A stretch of DNA of 64,000 nucleotides from Acidimicrobiales bacterium (GCA_044339605.1 JBIIVE010000001.1:12582-76581), one strand, 5' to 3'. Numbered from the stretch's first letter, positions 39,196 through 49,257 are shown. The notes: generated by a model not told the origin, from the letters alone. Numbers and translations are program-made.

Positions 39196-41922
39196 GTGGC
39201 AACCCCGGGCGATGCGACCCCACTTCCAACTGAACTGCTCAACCTCGCCGACCGCAGCGCCGCTCCCGCCGCAGTCCGAGTGGCCCTCACCCGCCTGAGC
39301 GAAGCTGCTCCTGGCGCACTCGAAGCAGCCGCCGCCGATGCTGCGCTGGCCCATTCGCTCGTCTCCGTACTTGCTGCGAGTCGATCTCTCACCCGCCTGC
39401 TCGAAGCCCGCCCCACGGACTCTCTTGCCGTGCTCGCCGCCAACGACAATCGGCTCGAGCCAAATGCCGCCTCGCCCGAGGACCTCGTTTCTTGGCGCAA
39501 TCTGGAATTCCTTCGCATTGCCGCCCGTGACCTCACCGGCCTCGACACCCTCGATGAGGTCGGTGCCAACCTGGCTGCACTGGGTCGTGATGTCCTGCAG
39601 GCGTCGTTGCAACTGACCGAGGACGACAACACAACCATCGCCATCATCGGCATGGGCAAGTTGGGTGGTAACGAACTCAACTACTCAAGCGATATCGATG
39701 TGTTGTTCGTTGGCCAAGGTCCACTCCAAGAACTTGATCGCAGAGCACGCGCCATCATGGACATCGCCCGGCGATGTTTTCGCGTTGATGCAAATCTTCG
39801 ACCCGAAGGTCGCGACGGTCCTCTCGTGCGAACTGTGGAGTCGTATGAGGCGTACTGGGATCGCTGGGCCGAACCTTGGGAGTTCCAAGCTCTTCTGAAA
39901 GCGCGTCCCGTCGCCGGTGACATCGCGCTTGGCGAACAGTGGCTCGGTGCCGCACAACAGTGGTTGTGGGCACGGCCATTCGATGCCGAAGCGCTGCGAT
40001 CACTTCGGGCGATGAAAGCTCGGACCGAAGCAGAAGTTGCGCGAAAAGGTCTGGGGAATCGAGAACTCAAACGTGGGCCCGGCGGTATTCGTGACATCGA
40101 ATTCACCGTGCAGCTTTTACAACTTGTGCATGGACATCTTGATCCGGACCTTCGCGGCGCCACCACGCTGACAATGCTCGACGAAATGGCAAGTGCTGGA
40201 TACATCGACGAAAACGACGCAGAGAAGATGGCATCGTCCTATCGCGAATTGCGAACGGTCGAGCATCGATTGCAGCTCGTCGATGAACAGCAAGTTCACA
40301 CGCTCCCCACGGACGACGCTTCACTCGATCGTCTCGCACGGGTGATGGGTCGGCGCGACGAACCCCGCGGTACTGCAGCCGAACAACTCGAGCGCGAGCT
40401 GATCCACATCCAGACCACAGTTCGCGGAATTCACGAACGCGTCTATTTCCGCCCGTTACTTGAAGCATTTGCCGCAACATCGCGCGATGCGTCTTCGATC
40501 AGTGCAGAGGCAACGGAAGTCCGACTCGCAGCATTCGGTTTCATCGATGCTCGGCGGACAGCTGCGGCGCTCGGCGAACTCACTCGGGGACTCAACCGAT
40601 CGAGTCGATTAATGCAACAAATGCTGCCTTTGTTGCTTGATTGGCTTTCGCTTTCCCCCGATCCCGACCTTGGCCTTCTCCTCATCCGCAATCTTCTGAC
40701 CGGTCCACGTCAGTCACGACAAATCGCTGAGACATTTCGTGACTCTCCTGCAGCGGCACAGTCGCTGTGCACCATCGCAGGAACAAGCCGACTGCTCGGC
40801 GACATCATCGCGGCGAACCCCGATCTCGTTGCTCGACTCCCGTTACCCGAACAGCTCGCCACAAAAGATCTCGACGGGCTCATCGCCACCGCAACCGCAT
40901 CGATGGAGATGCGCGAGGGCAACACCGAGCAACAAGCCTCGCTGCGCCGATGGCAACAACGGAACCTTCTCGGCATCGCGGCGCGTGATCTGTTTGACCA
41001 TGCCGATGTTGAGCGCGTGGGCCGCGATCTGACAACGCTGGCAGAAGCCACAATCGGTTCGGCGCTGCAAAGCCTCGACCCGCAAATACCTTTTGCTGTC
41101 CTTGGACTTGGGAGATTCGGAGCCTCAGAGCTCGCCTATGCCAGCGATCTCGACGTGATATTCGTGCATCAAGGATCAAGCGCAGCCGACATCGATGAAG
41201 CTCGACGTCTCTCGCAATCGCTCATTCGAATGATCGCCGGGTCGACTCCGGCCGCTCGTCTTTATGACGTCGATTGCGATCTGCGGCCCGAAGGGAAAAA
41301 CGGTCCGCTCTCCCGAGGCGTCGATTCCTATGTCATCTACTGGCGCGAGCACGCGCTCACCTGGGAGCGACAGGCGATGACCCGCGCTCGCGTCGTCGCT
41401 GGCGATGCGGCGCTCGGCGATGAACTCCTTGACGAAATTGCACCGTGGGTGTGGGGACCAGGACTTTCCGCAGAAGGAATCCGCGACATCCGGCGAATGA
41501 AGGCCCGCATCGAGGCCGAACGCATTCCTATGGGAGAGGACCCCGACTTCCATCTCAAACTCGGTCGCGGCTCGCTTTCCGATATTGAGTTCACCGCGCA
41601 GATGCTGCAGTTGCAGTACGACGTTAAGGCCACCGGGACAATCGACGGACTCCGGGCACTGGCTCAAGGTGATGTTCTCGACCCCGAAGACGCAGCCATC
41701 CTCACCGAGGCCTACGAGTTCTGTGAACGCGTGCGTAATCGCTGGTTCTTGGTGAACAGCGCACCGAGCGACTCAATGCCGACACAGCCTGAGTCAGCAT
41801 TGTGGTTGGCCCGTTCACTCGACACTGAGCCAGGTGCACTGCGCGAGCACTACCGCCGAGTCACTCGTCGATCACGATCAGTTGTTGAGCGCGTCTTCTA
41901 CGGTCTGCCGGCCAAACACTGA
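39196..41922 (+). CDS. glnE: Glutamine synthetase adenylyltransferase/deadenylylase
   Basis: Two NT domains (MGKLGGNELNYSSDID; LGRFGASELAYASDLD), LRPEG twice. Confidence 0.95.
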   Translation: MATPGDATPLPTELLNLADRSAAPAAVRVALTRLSEAAPGALEAAAADAALAHSLVSVLAASRSLTRLLEARPTDSLAVLAANDNRLEPNAASPEDLVSWRNLEFLRIAARDLTGLDTLDEVGANLAALGRDVLQASLQLTEDDNTTIAIIGMGKLGGNELNYSSDIDVLFVGQGPLQELDRRARAIMDIARRCFRVDANLRPEGRDGPLVRTVESYEAYWDRWAEPWEFQALLKARPVAGDIALGEQWLGAAQQWLWARPFDAEALRSLRAMKARTEAEVARKGLGNRELKRGPGGIRDIEFTVQLLQLVHGHLDPDLRGATTLTMLDEMASAGYIDENDAEKMASSYRELRTVEHRLQLVDEQQVHTLPTDDASLDRLARVMGRRDEPRGTAAEQLERELIHIQTTVRGIHERVYFRPLLEAFAATSRDASSISAEATEVRLAAFGFIDARRTAAALGELTRGLNRSSRLMQQMLPLLLDWLSLSPDPDLGLLLIRNLLTGPRQSRQIAETFRDSPAAAQSLCTIAGTSRLLGDIIAANPDLVARLPLPEQLATKDLDGLIATATASMEMREGNTEQQASLRRWQQRNLLGIAARDLFDHADVERVGRDLTTLAEATIGSALQSLDPQIPFAVLGLGRFGASELAYASDLDVIFVHQGSSAADIDEARRLSQSLIRMIAGSTPAARLYDVDCDLRPEGKNGPLSRGVDSYVIYWREHALTWERQAMTRARVVAGDAALGDELLDEIAPWVWGPGLSAEGIRDIRRMKARIEAERIPMGEDPDFHLKLGRGSLSDIEFTAQMLQLQYDVKATGTIDGLRALAQGDVLDPEDAAILTEAYEFCERVRNRWFLVNSAPSDSMPTQPESALWLARSLDTEPGALREHYRRVTRRSRSVVERVFYGLPAKH

Positions 41923-41972
41923 GACGAACGGGGTTTGCGCCATGATGGGTCGACATCTCAGGAGGTCGTCTC

Positions 41973-43397
41973 ATGGACGCAGCCGCAATTCGTGAAGAAC
42001 TCGATCATCCCGTCATTGATGCGGATGGACACATCATCGAGTTCATCCCTGCCATTCGAGATCTCATAGCCGCAGACGCCGGCACTGCACTCGCTGACAC
42101 ATTTCAGGCGATGAGCACCGCCGCAGCAACGACACGACGCGGTCTCACCGATGACCAACGGCGAACCAACGGAATGTCGCGCACCGGGTGGTGGGGTGTT
42201 CCCACGCGCAACACCCTCGATCGAGCAACAGCAATGCTCCCTCGTTTGCTCTACAACCGGCTCGATGAAATCGGTATCGATGTCGCGCTCCTCTACCCCA
42301 CTGTTGGCCTCACCGTCATGGCCGTCGATAACACCGAACTCCGTCGAGCTCTTGCGCGCGCTTGCAACCGTTACTACGCCGAGGCCTACGAGAAGTACTC
42401 CGATCGGCTTCTTCCTGTTGGAGTTATTCCCACCTACGACCCCGATGAAGCAATTGCTGAACTCGAATACGCCACGAAGGAACTTGGACTACGCGGTTTT
42501 CTCTTTGGTGGTCTTGTACTGCGCTACGCACCTGGCCACGAAGGCGACCGAGCGGCGCGATGGGTCGACGGTCTCGGTCTCGACAGCATGCATGACTACG
42601 ACCCCCTTTGGCAGAAGTGTGCCGAGCTCAATGTTTCCCCGACGTTCCACTCAACCGGCATCGGTTTTGGCAGTCGCGTTTCTCCCACCAACTACGTCGC
42701 CAATCACATCGGCAACTTTGCGGCGGGTACCGAAGCCGTATTGCGTTCACTGTTCTTTGGCGGAGTGATGTCACGCTTCCCCGAACTTCGCTTTGCGTTT
42801 CTCGAAGGCGGCGTTGCGTGGGGATGCAATCTTTTGTCCGACATCTGCGGGCATTTCGAGAAGCGCAATGTCGATGACATCCATCATTACGACCCCGCCA
42901 ACCTTGACCGCGCGCTCCTGGAATCACTACTCGCCGACTACGGCGACCCGATGTTCACCGATCGCGCTGATCGACTTTCTGAAACTCTCAGTTTTCTTTC
43001 TGATCCAAACGAAGAAGTTGACACGATCGACGAATGGAAACTCAGTGGCATCAACTCAAAGGCTGACATCGTCAAGATCTTCACTGAACAGTGTTTCTTT
43101 GGGTGTGAAGCCGATGACCCCATGAATGCCATTGCCTTCAACGAGGACATCAACCCCGATGGCTCTCGACTGCGCGCAATGTTTGCATCTGATATCGGCC
43201 ACTGGGATGTTCCAGACTTCACTGGCGTACTTCCCGAAGCATGGGAACTCATCGAAGACGAACTCGTCACTCGCGATCAGTTCAGCGATTTCATGTTCGG
43301 CAACGTCGCTCGACTGTTCACGGGCACGAACCCCGACTTCTTCAACGGCACTGCTGTTGAATCACAGGTGCGTCAGTTACTCGCGAACGAGGCGTAA
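41973..43397 (+). CDS. Amidohydrolase-2 family metal-dependent hydrolase
   Basis: IDADGH, TFH, FAFLEGG, FASDIGHWD; RBS AGGAGG. Confidence 0.88.
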   Translation: MDAAAIREELDHPVIDADGHIIEFIPAIRDLIAADAGTALADTFQAMSTAAATTRRGLTDDQRRTNGMSRTGWWGVPTRNTLDRATAMLPRLLYNRLDEIGIDVALLYPTVGLTVMAVDNTELRRALARACNRYYAEAYEKYSDRLLPVGVIPTYDPDEAIAELEYATKELGLRGFLFGGLVLRYAPGHEGDRAARWVDGLGLDSMHDYDPLWQKCAELNVSPTFHSTGIGFGSRVSPTNYVANHIGNFAAGTEAVLRSLFFGGVMSRFPELRFAFLEGGVAWGCNLLSDICGHFEKRNVDDIHHYDPANLDRALLESLLADYGDPMFTDRADRLSETLSFLSDPNEEVDTIDEWKLSGINSKADIVKIFTEQCFFGCEADDPMNAIAFNEDINPDGSRLRAMFASDIGHWDVPDFTGVLPEAWELIEDELVTRDQFSDFMFGNVARLFTGTNPDFFNGTAVESQVRQLLANEA

Positions 43398-44042
43398 CTA
43401 CCAGCGGTTCCAACGAATGGTGTCGGCCGATGCTTCTCGCGCACCAGGCTTGAAGTCAGTTCCAACCGTGTACGCAACAGGGAATAGCCCCACTTGAGTG
43501 ACTTGGTCGATGGGAATTCCAAGCAGATCGGCCATCGCCTGCTCGCGCTCAAGGTGCACGGTCGTCCAGCAACTCCCCATTGCCCGACTGCGCAACGCCA
43601 ACATGAAACTCCACACTGCCGGAAGCACTGATCCCCACATCGTTGACTGCGCAAACATCGATGCGCCTTCCGGACGTCCGTCGACCGTGGCAACTACCAA
43701 AACTGGTACCTCGTGCAGGTGTTCATTCAGCCATGACACCGACTCCATGATCTGGGGCTGACGCTCGGCCGGGGGCCGCGCTGGGACAGACGTTGCAGCC
43801 GCAGCGGCTCCAAGATCAGCGGCGCCGCCTCGCCAAATCTCTGCCATGGCCACACGGGTCTCGGCATCATCGACAACCACCCAGTTCCACGTCTGGCGAT
43901 TGGAGCCATTCGGAGCCTGCAGTGCGATCTGCAAGCACTCTTCAACAACTGATCGCTCAACCGATCGGAAAAGATCAAGGCGCTTGCGAACTGCTCGTGT
44001 TGTGGTCAGCAGTTCCTCAGCAGTGAGTTCAAGTCGCTCCAT
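43398..44042 (-). CDS. Nitroreductase family protein
   Basis: TTRAVRKRL, QAPNGSNRQTW, LRSRAMGSCWT. Confidence 0.9.
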   Translation of the reverse strand: MERLELTAEELLTTTRAVRKRLDLFRSVERSVVEECLQIALQAPNGSNRQTWNWVVVDDAETRVAMAEIWRGGAADLGAAAAATSVPARPPAERQPQIMESVSWLNEHLHEVPVLVVATVDGRPEGASMFAQSTMWGSVLPAVWSFMLALRSRAMGSCWTTVHLEREQAMADLLGIPIDQVTQVGLFPVAYTVGTDFKPGAREASADTIRWNRW

Positions 44043-44087
44043 GCCGCGAACCCTACTGATGAGGACAACGCCATGCGCAGCCACTCC

Positions 44088-45095
44088 TCACTCACATGCA
44101 ACGCCGTCTTTATCTCCATCGAGCGCGGTGCGATAACCCGGCTGCCCCGAGTAGATCGGTGCTGCACCTGCCGCGCGAGCTGCGGTGCAGTTGGCGTAAT
44201 ACACATCGCCGCCCGGAGCGGGAGCAACGGGAGGTGCGGGTGCTGGAGTGGGCACCGCTCCAGATGCAGACCCAGACGGTGGTGGCCCTTGAGGACTCGC
44301 CATCGATGTTCCACCTAACGGCCACACGGGGCCGGCAATCCCGCACGTATCAAGCATTTGTCCAAGCGCGTCGCGTTCAGCAGTGGTGACGGTGAGTCCC
44401 CATGAGCTCTTCACCTTCACCCAACCGTCGGCATATGCGCACCAAGAGTCACGATTTGGTGGTCGCCATTGCTCAGGTGTGTCCGCGCCTTTTGATCGAT
44501 TCGAAGACGCTGATGCAACAACCAGTTCGCCAGGATTATTTGCAAACGCTCGTCGACGCTCTGTGCTCCACGACCAACCACCAGAGTCAAAAGCGTTCGC
44601 TAGTGGAACGAGATGGTCGACATCAAAATCACCGGAATTATTTGAGGCCTTCAAGTCATAGGGAGACACCCATGAGCCGGCGACGACCTTGCATGTTCCC
44701 GCACGATTCACTGTTGCCGGAACAATTGACCACGCAATGAGAGCATCCTGACGCGCATCGCAGCCATTGCCATCCACATCGGCCCAATGCGGCCACTCCT
44801 CCCGGCGATAGTCGCCCTGAGGCGATGGCCGGTCGTCGACTGAAAGCACGGCGAGTCGATCGCGAGTCGACGCCGAATTCGCCACGGCGGTTGTCGGTGC
44901 CACCGAACTCGCAGTAACGGCAACTGTGGACGAAGTTGTTGAACTCGACGACGTAGAACTTTCGTTGGATGACGCAGTGGCAGTCTTCGCAGAACCATTC
45001 GTCGACGAGCTCCCGCAGCCAACGATAAGGAGGGTGAGGGCAAGAAGGCTTGCGCCAATGAACGGGCCGATCCGCCGATCGGAAAGTGTGGACAT
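44088..45095 (-). CDS. Lipoprotein: Ser/Thr linker, DUF1524-type HNH nuclease and Excalibur domain
   Basis: Lipobox IVGC; DVDHLVPL…NRSKG; YANCTAARAAGAAPIYSGQPGYRTALDGDKDGVACE. Confidence 0.88.
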   Translation of the reverse strand: MSTLSDRRIGPFIGASLLALTLLIVGCGSSSTNGSAKTATASSNESSTSSSSTTSSTVAVTASSVAPTTAVANSASTRDRLAVLSVDDRPSPQGDYRREEWPHWADVDGNGCDARQDALIAWSIVPATVNRAGTCKVVAGSWVSPYDLKASNNSGDFDVDHLVPLANAFDSGGWSWSTERRRAFANNPGELVVASASSNRSKGADTPEQWRPPNRDSWCAYADGWVKVKSSWGLTVTTAERDALGQMLDTCGIAGPVWPLGGTSMASPQGPPPSGSASGAVPTPAPAPPVAPAPGGDVYYANCTAARAAGAAPIYSGQPGYRTALDGDKDGVACE

Positions 45096-45195
45096 CGATC
45101 TCCACCGTACCCAACTGATCCACCTACGTTGCATCGCACGCGAAGAGGACCGGCCCAATGGACCGATCCTCGTTCGATTCATGCAATGAAACTTT

Positions 45196-45234
45196 GGGTC
45201 AGATGTCGTACCCGACTGAGGGTCAGATGTCGTA
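45196..45234. repeat. 15-bp direct repeat duplicating the glnA1 3' end
   Basis: GGGTCAGATGTCGTA at 45196-45210 and 45220-45234. Confidence 0.9.
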
Positions 45235-46647
45235 GTACATCGTGAACTCGTAGGGGTGCGGACGAAGTCGAATCGCGTCGACCTCGTTCTTGCGCTTGTA
45301 CGCAATCCACGTTTCGATGAGATCGTCGGTGAAGACGCCACCAGCCTTGAGGAACGCGTTGTCCTGCTCGAGTGCGTCGAGGGCCTGTTCGAGACTTGCC
45401 GGAACCTGAGGAACAAGTGCAAGTTCCTCGGGCGGAAGGTCGTAGAGGTCCTTGTCGACCGGTGCTGGTGGCTCAATGCGGTTCTGGATGCCGTCGAGGC
45501 CAGCCATCAACATCGCAGCGAATCCGAGGTACGGATTGCTCGTTGAATCGGGGCAACGGAACTCAATGCGCTTCGACTTCGGGCTTTGCCCAGCAAGCGG
45601 GATGCGAATCGAAGCAGAACGGTTGCGCTGGCTGTAAACGAGGTTCACCGGAGCTTCGTAACCCGGCACCAAACGCTTGAACGAGTTCGTGGTGGGGTTG
45701 GTGAATGCGATGACTGCAGCGGCGTGATGCAAGATGCCGCCGATGTACCAGCGAGCAATGTCGGAAAGACCGCCGTACCCGGTCTCGCTGTAGAACAGCG
45801 GCTCACCGGAATTCCAGAGCGACATATGACAGTGCATTCCCGAACCGTTGTCCTGGAAGATCGGCTTCGGCATGAAGGTCAGTGACTTACCGGCCTGCCA
45901 AGCGACGTTCTTGAGGACGTACTTAAACGTCATGAGCTGATCGGCCATCGCCAACAGCGTGTTGAACCTGATGCCAATCTCGTTCTGACCGCCCGAGGCG
46001 ACCTCGTGGTGATGGAGTTCGACGGGGATGCCAACACCTTCGAGCGCGAGCGCCATATCGCTACGCATGTCTTGGTAGTGATCCATCGGCGGAACTGGGA
46101 AGTACCCCTGCTTGGTGCGGGGCTTGTAGCCAAGGTTCGGGCCCTCGTCGGTGCCGGAGTTCCATTCACCTTCGACGGAGTCGACCATGTAGAACGAACC
46201 ATTGGGCTGCGTGTCGAAACGAACATCGTCGAACACGAAGAACTCAGCTTCAGGACCAAAGAATGCGGTGTCGGCAATGCCAGTGGTCTTGAGGTAGGCC
46301 TCGGCCTTGGTTGCGACATAACGCGGATCACGCGAGTAGCTCTCGTGCGTCACCGGGTCGGCCACGTAGCAGTGGATGACGGCGGTCTTGTGCTTCATGA
46401 ACGGATCCATGTACACGGTGTTGGGATCAGCGATCAGCACCATGTCTGATTCCTGGATCTGCTGGAATCCTCGGACCGAAGAGCCATCGAATCCATGACC
46501 CTCGGTGAAATGACTCTCGCCCAAAACACTGGCGGGGATCGTCACGTGCTGCATGATGCCGGGCAGGTCCGAGAAGCGGAAATCAACGAATTCGCAGCCT
46601 TCGTCCTTTACCAGCTTCAGTACTTCTTCGGGGGTGCGTTCCTGCAC
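45223..46647 (-). CDS. glnA: Glutamine synthetase type I-beta
   Basis: FDGSS, HHEVA, MPKP…[16 protein letters not shown], adenylylation site DLYDLP. Confidence 0.98.
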   Translation of the reverse strand: MQERTPEEVLKLVKDEGCEFVDFRFSDLPGIMQHVTIPASVLGESHFTEGHGFDGSSVRGFQQIQESDMVLIADPNTVYMDPFMKHKTAVIHCYVADPVTHESYSRDPRYVATKAEAYLKTTGIADTAFFGPEAEFFVFDDVRFDTQPNGSFYMVDSVEGEWNSGTDEGPNLGYKPRTKQGYFPVPPMDHYQDMRSDMALALEGVGIPVELHHHEVASGGQNEIGIRFNTLLAMADQLMTFKYVLKNVAWQAGKSLTFMPKPIFQDNGSGMHCHMSLWNSGEPLFYSETGYGGLSDIARWYIGGILHHAAAVIAFTNPTTNSFKRLVPGYEAPVNLVYSQRNRSASIRIPLAGQSPKSKRIEFRCPDSTSNPYLGFAAMLMAGLDGIQNRIEPPAPVDKDLYDLPPEELALVPQVPASLEQALDALEQDNAFLKAGGVFTDDLIETWIAYKRKNEVDAIRLRPHPYEFTMYYDI

Positions 46648-46863
46648 GGTTCCTCCTGAGGGGGCGCTCTCTAGGCCGTCCCAGAGTGCTGATTCGGTTG
46701 GGACACTACCCCTAAGGCCGATGTGGCTGGCGAGGAGTGCTGAGTAGATCGTGCCAGCCTTCTTTTTCCCGGCTGTTGCTCAATTGTGAACGGAACGTGA
46801 ACTCGGACCGGAAGCCAAAGAACGGCCTTGGGACCAGAGGGCCGGGCGTGGGACACTTGACCC

Positions 46864-48198
46864 ATGGAACGTCAGCAGGATTACGTGCTCAGGACCGTCG
46901 AAGAGCGTGGGGTTCGCCTCATCCGCTTGTGGTTCACCGACGTGCTGGGCCAGCTCAAGTCCGTGGCTATCTCACCGGCCGAACTCGAGAACGCCTTTGA
47001 AGAGGGTCTCCACTTCGACGGTTCGGTAATCGACGGGTTCAGCCGGGTACAGGAATCGGACGTGCTCGCGAAGCCCGACCCCAACACCTTCGAGATTCTC
47101 CCGTGGGGAAAGGGCTCGGAAATCTCCGGCCGCATGTTCTGCGACATCCTCAACCACGACGACACCCCGTTCGAGGGTGACCCTCGCCAGGTACTTAAAC
47201 GCAACCTCGATAAGGCTCACGATCGCGGCTTCTCATTCATGACCGCCCCCGAGATGGAGTTCTTCTACTTCGCCGAGGGCGATCCTTCGAAGCCGCTCGT
47301 TCCGCTCGACTCCGGTTCGTACTTCGATCTCACCACTGCCGACGTTGCGAGTGACCTTCGCACGCGCACGTTGCTTGTTCTTGAAGCAATGGGTATTCCT
47401 GTTGAGTACTCGTTTCACGAAGATGCACCGAGTCAGCACGAAATCGATCTGCGTTACACCGACGCACTCACGATGGCCGACAACATCATGACGTTCCGTC
47501 TCATCGTGAAAGAGATCGCAATGGAGCAGGGCGTGTTTGCATCGTTCATGCCCAAGCCGCTTGCTGGCGTGCAAGGTTCGGGTATGCACACGCACATGTC
47601 GCTGTTTGAAGGTGATGAGAACGCATTCCATGAACCTGGCGATCCTGTCGGGTTGTCAAAGGTTGGACGCGGGTTCATCGCTGGCTTGTTGCACCATGCA
47701 CCCGAGATCACCGCCGTCACCAATCAGCTCGTCAACTCCTACAAGCGTTTGGTGTCTGGTTACGAAGCACCGGTGTACATCACGTGGGCCCGCAACAATC
47801 AGTCATCTCTTGTTCGGGTTCCGGTTACCAAGCGAGGCAAGCAGTCATCGACTCGCATCGAATACCGCGCACCCGATCCAGCGTGTAACCCGTACCTCGC
47901 GTATTCAGTCATGCTTGCCGCTGGCCTTAAGGGAATCGAAGGCGGCTACGAACTGCCACCCGAAGCGGCAGCGAACGTGTTCGAACTGACTCCCGAGCAG
48001 CGCGCTGCCGAAGGCATCCGGCCTCTTCCGCAGTCACTTTCGGAATCACTCGATGTCATGGAGAGCTCCGAACTCGTTGCCGAAGCACTTGGTGAACATA
48101 TTTTCGAATGGTTCTTACGAAATAAGCGTGCGGAATGGACCGATTACAAGGCTCAGGTCACGCAGTTCGAACTCGATCGTTACCTTCCGGCTTGGTAG
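46864..48198 (+). CDS. glnA2: Glutamine synthetase-family protein (GlnA2-like)
   Basis: FDGS, QESD, HEDAPSQHE, GSGMHTH, GYEAP, RIEYRAPD; no adenylylation Tyr. Confidence 0.9.
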   Translation: MERQQDYVLRTVEERGVRLIRLWFTDVLGQLKSVAISPAELENAFEEGLHFDGSVIDGFSRVQESDVLAKPDPNTFEILPWGKGSEISGRMFCDILNHDDTPFEGDPRQVLKRNLDKAHDRGFSFMTAPEMEFFYFAEGDPSKPLVPLDSGSYFDLTTADVASDLRTRTLLVLEAMGIPVEYSFHEDAPSQHEIDLRYTDALTMADNIMTFRLIVKEIAMEQGVFASFMPKPLAGVQGSGMHTHMSLFEGDENAFHEPGDPVGLSKVGRGFIAGLLHHAPEITAVTNQLVNSYKRLVSGYEAPVYITWARNNQSSLVRVPVTKRGKQSSTRIEYRAPDPACNPYLAYSVMLAAGLKGIEGGYELPPEAAANVFELTPEQRAAEGIRPLPQSLSESLDVMESSELVAEALGEHIFEWFLRNKRAEWTDYKAQVTQFELDRYLPAW

Positions 48199-48203
48199 CC
48201 ACC

Positions 48204-48884
48204 ATGGAGCCAATCCTCATCTTCCCCGATCCTCCGCCCCCGGAACTCGCACAAGCACTCGACTTGTCCGGGTATCCGTGGAAGGCCGCAAGCGACGAAC
48301 TCGCCGCGTCTCGTATCGAACCCGAAAGCGGTTGGGGTGGCGCAATCATCTGTGCCTATCTCGACCCTGAGCGCGCGTTTGCTCTCTGCCGCGCATTGCG
48401 CAAGCGCGATGTTCCACTCGAACCTCTCTTGCTCTTAGTAAGCGGAACGCAATTAGGCGATCTCGAACTGCGCGACGACCTCTACGACGATTTCTGTTTG
48501 GCGCCGTTCCACCCGCGCGAACTCGAAGCCCGTCTCAAGCATTTGTATTGGAACACCGGAGCAGGTGTCCGACCCGAACTCGTTGAGTACGGCGAACTCG
48601 TGCTCAACCTTGAGACCTATCAAGCCGCGATCGGTGGCGCACCGCTCGATCTCACCTACATGGAATACGAACTACTGAAGTTCCTTTCCTCGAACCCAGG
48701 CAAAGTATTCACGCGTGAAACTCTGCTTAGCCGGGTGTGGGGCTACGAGTACTACGGCGGCGCACGCACAGTCGATGTTCACATCCGACGTTTGCGCGCC
48801 AAGCTCGGCGAACATCACGCCAACCTGATCCAAACCGTTCGTAGCGTTGGCTATCGATTCGGCCAATCGCGCTGGGGCGCTTAA
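48204..48884 (+). CDS. glnR: Nitrogen regulator GlnR (atypical OmpR family)
   Basis: LDLTYMEYELL, VWGYEYYGGARTVDVHIRRLRAKLG…IQTVRSVGYRF; degenerate receiver; next to gln genes. Confidence 0.85.
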   Translation: MEPILIFPDPPPPELAQALDLSGYPWKAASDELAASRIEPESGWGGAIICAYLDPERAFALCRALRKRDVPLEPLLLLVSGTQLGDLELRDDLYDDFCLAPFHPRELEARLKHLYWNTGAGVRPELVEYGELVLNLETYQAAIGGAPLDLTYMEYELLKFLSSNPGKVFTRETLLSRVWGYEYYGGARTVDVHIRRLRAKLGEHHANLIQTVRSVGYRFGQSRWGA

Positions 48885-48945
48885 GCACACTTCGTTACCC
48901 ATCGCGTTCACAACCCGCCGCAAAACGAAACACTCTGCAAAAACG

Positions 48946-48975
48946 AAACACGCCGCCCCGAAGGGCGGCGTGTTT
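48946..48975. terminator. Bidirectional terminator between glnR and csp
   Basis: AAACACGCCGCCC-CGAA-GGGCGGCGTGTTT (cUUCGg on the minus strand). Confidence 0.85.
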
Positions 48976-48992
48976 ACGAAATGAGTGTGGTC

Positions 48993-49193
48993 TCAGACCG
49001 GACGAACGTCCTGTGCCTGATCGCCCTTCGGGCCACTGGTGACCTCGAATTCGACAGCTTGACCTTCTTCAAGTGAGCGGTAACCCGAGCCGCTGATCGC
49101 GCTGTAATGCACGAATACGTCTGGGCCTCCTTCACGTGAAATGAAGCCGAAGCCTTTTTCTGCGTTGAACCACTTGACGGTACCGGCAGCCAT
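48993..49193 (-). CDS. cspA: Cold-shock protein
   Basis: [24 protein letters not shown]. Confidence 0.97.
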   Translation of the reverse strand: MAAGTVKWFNAEKGFGFISREGGPDVFVHYSAISGSGYRSLEEGQAVEFEVTSGPKGDQAQDVRPV

Positions 49194-49257
49194 TCCGGAA
49201 CCCCTTTCTGTCCTGCGGGGTCGGAACACCTTCCCAGCACCTTCTTAACGAATCGGC

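Noticed and set aside
48890-48951. GTTAC/GAAAC words resembling a GlnR box
   Set aside because: Spacing does not fit GTNAC-n6-GAAAC and the site is downstream of convergent genes; better explained as terminator tails
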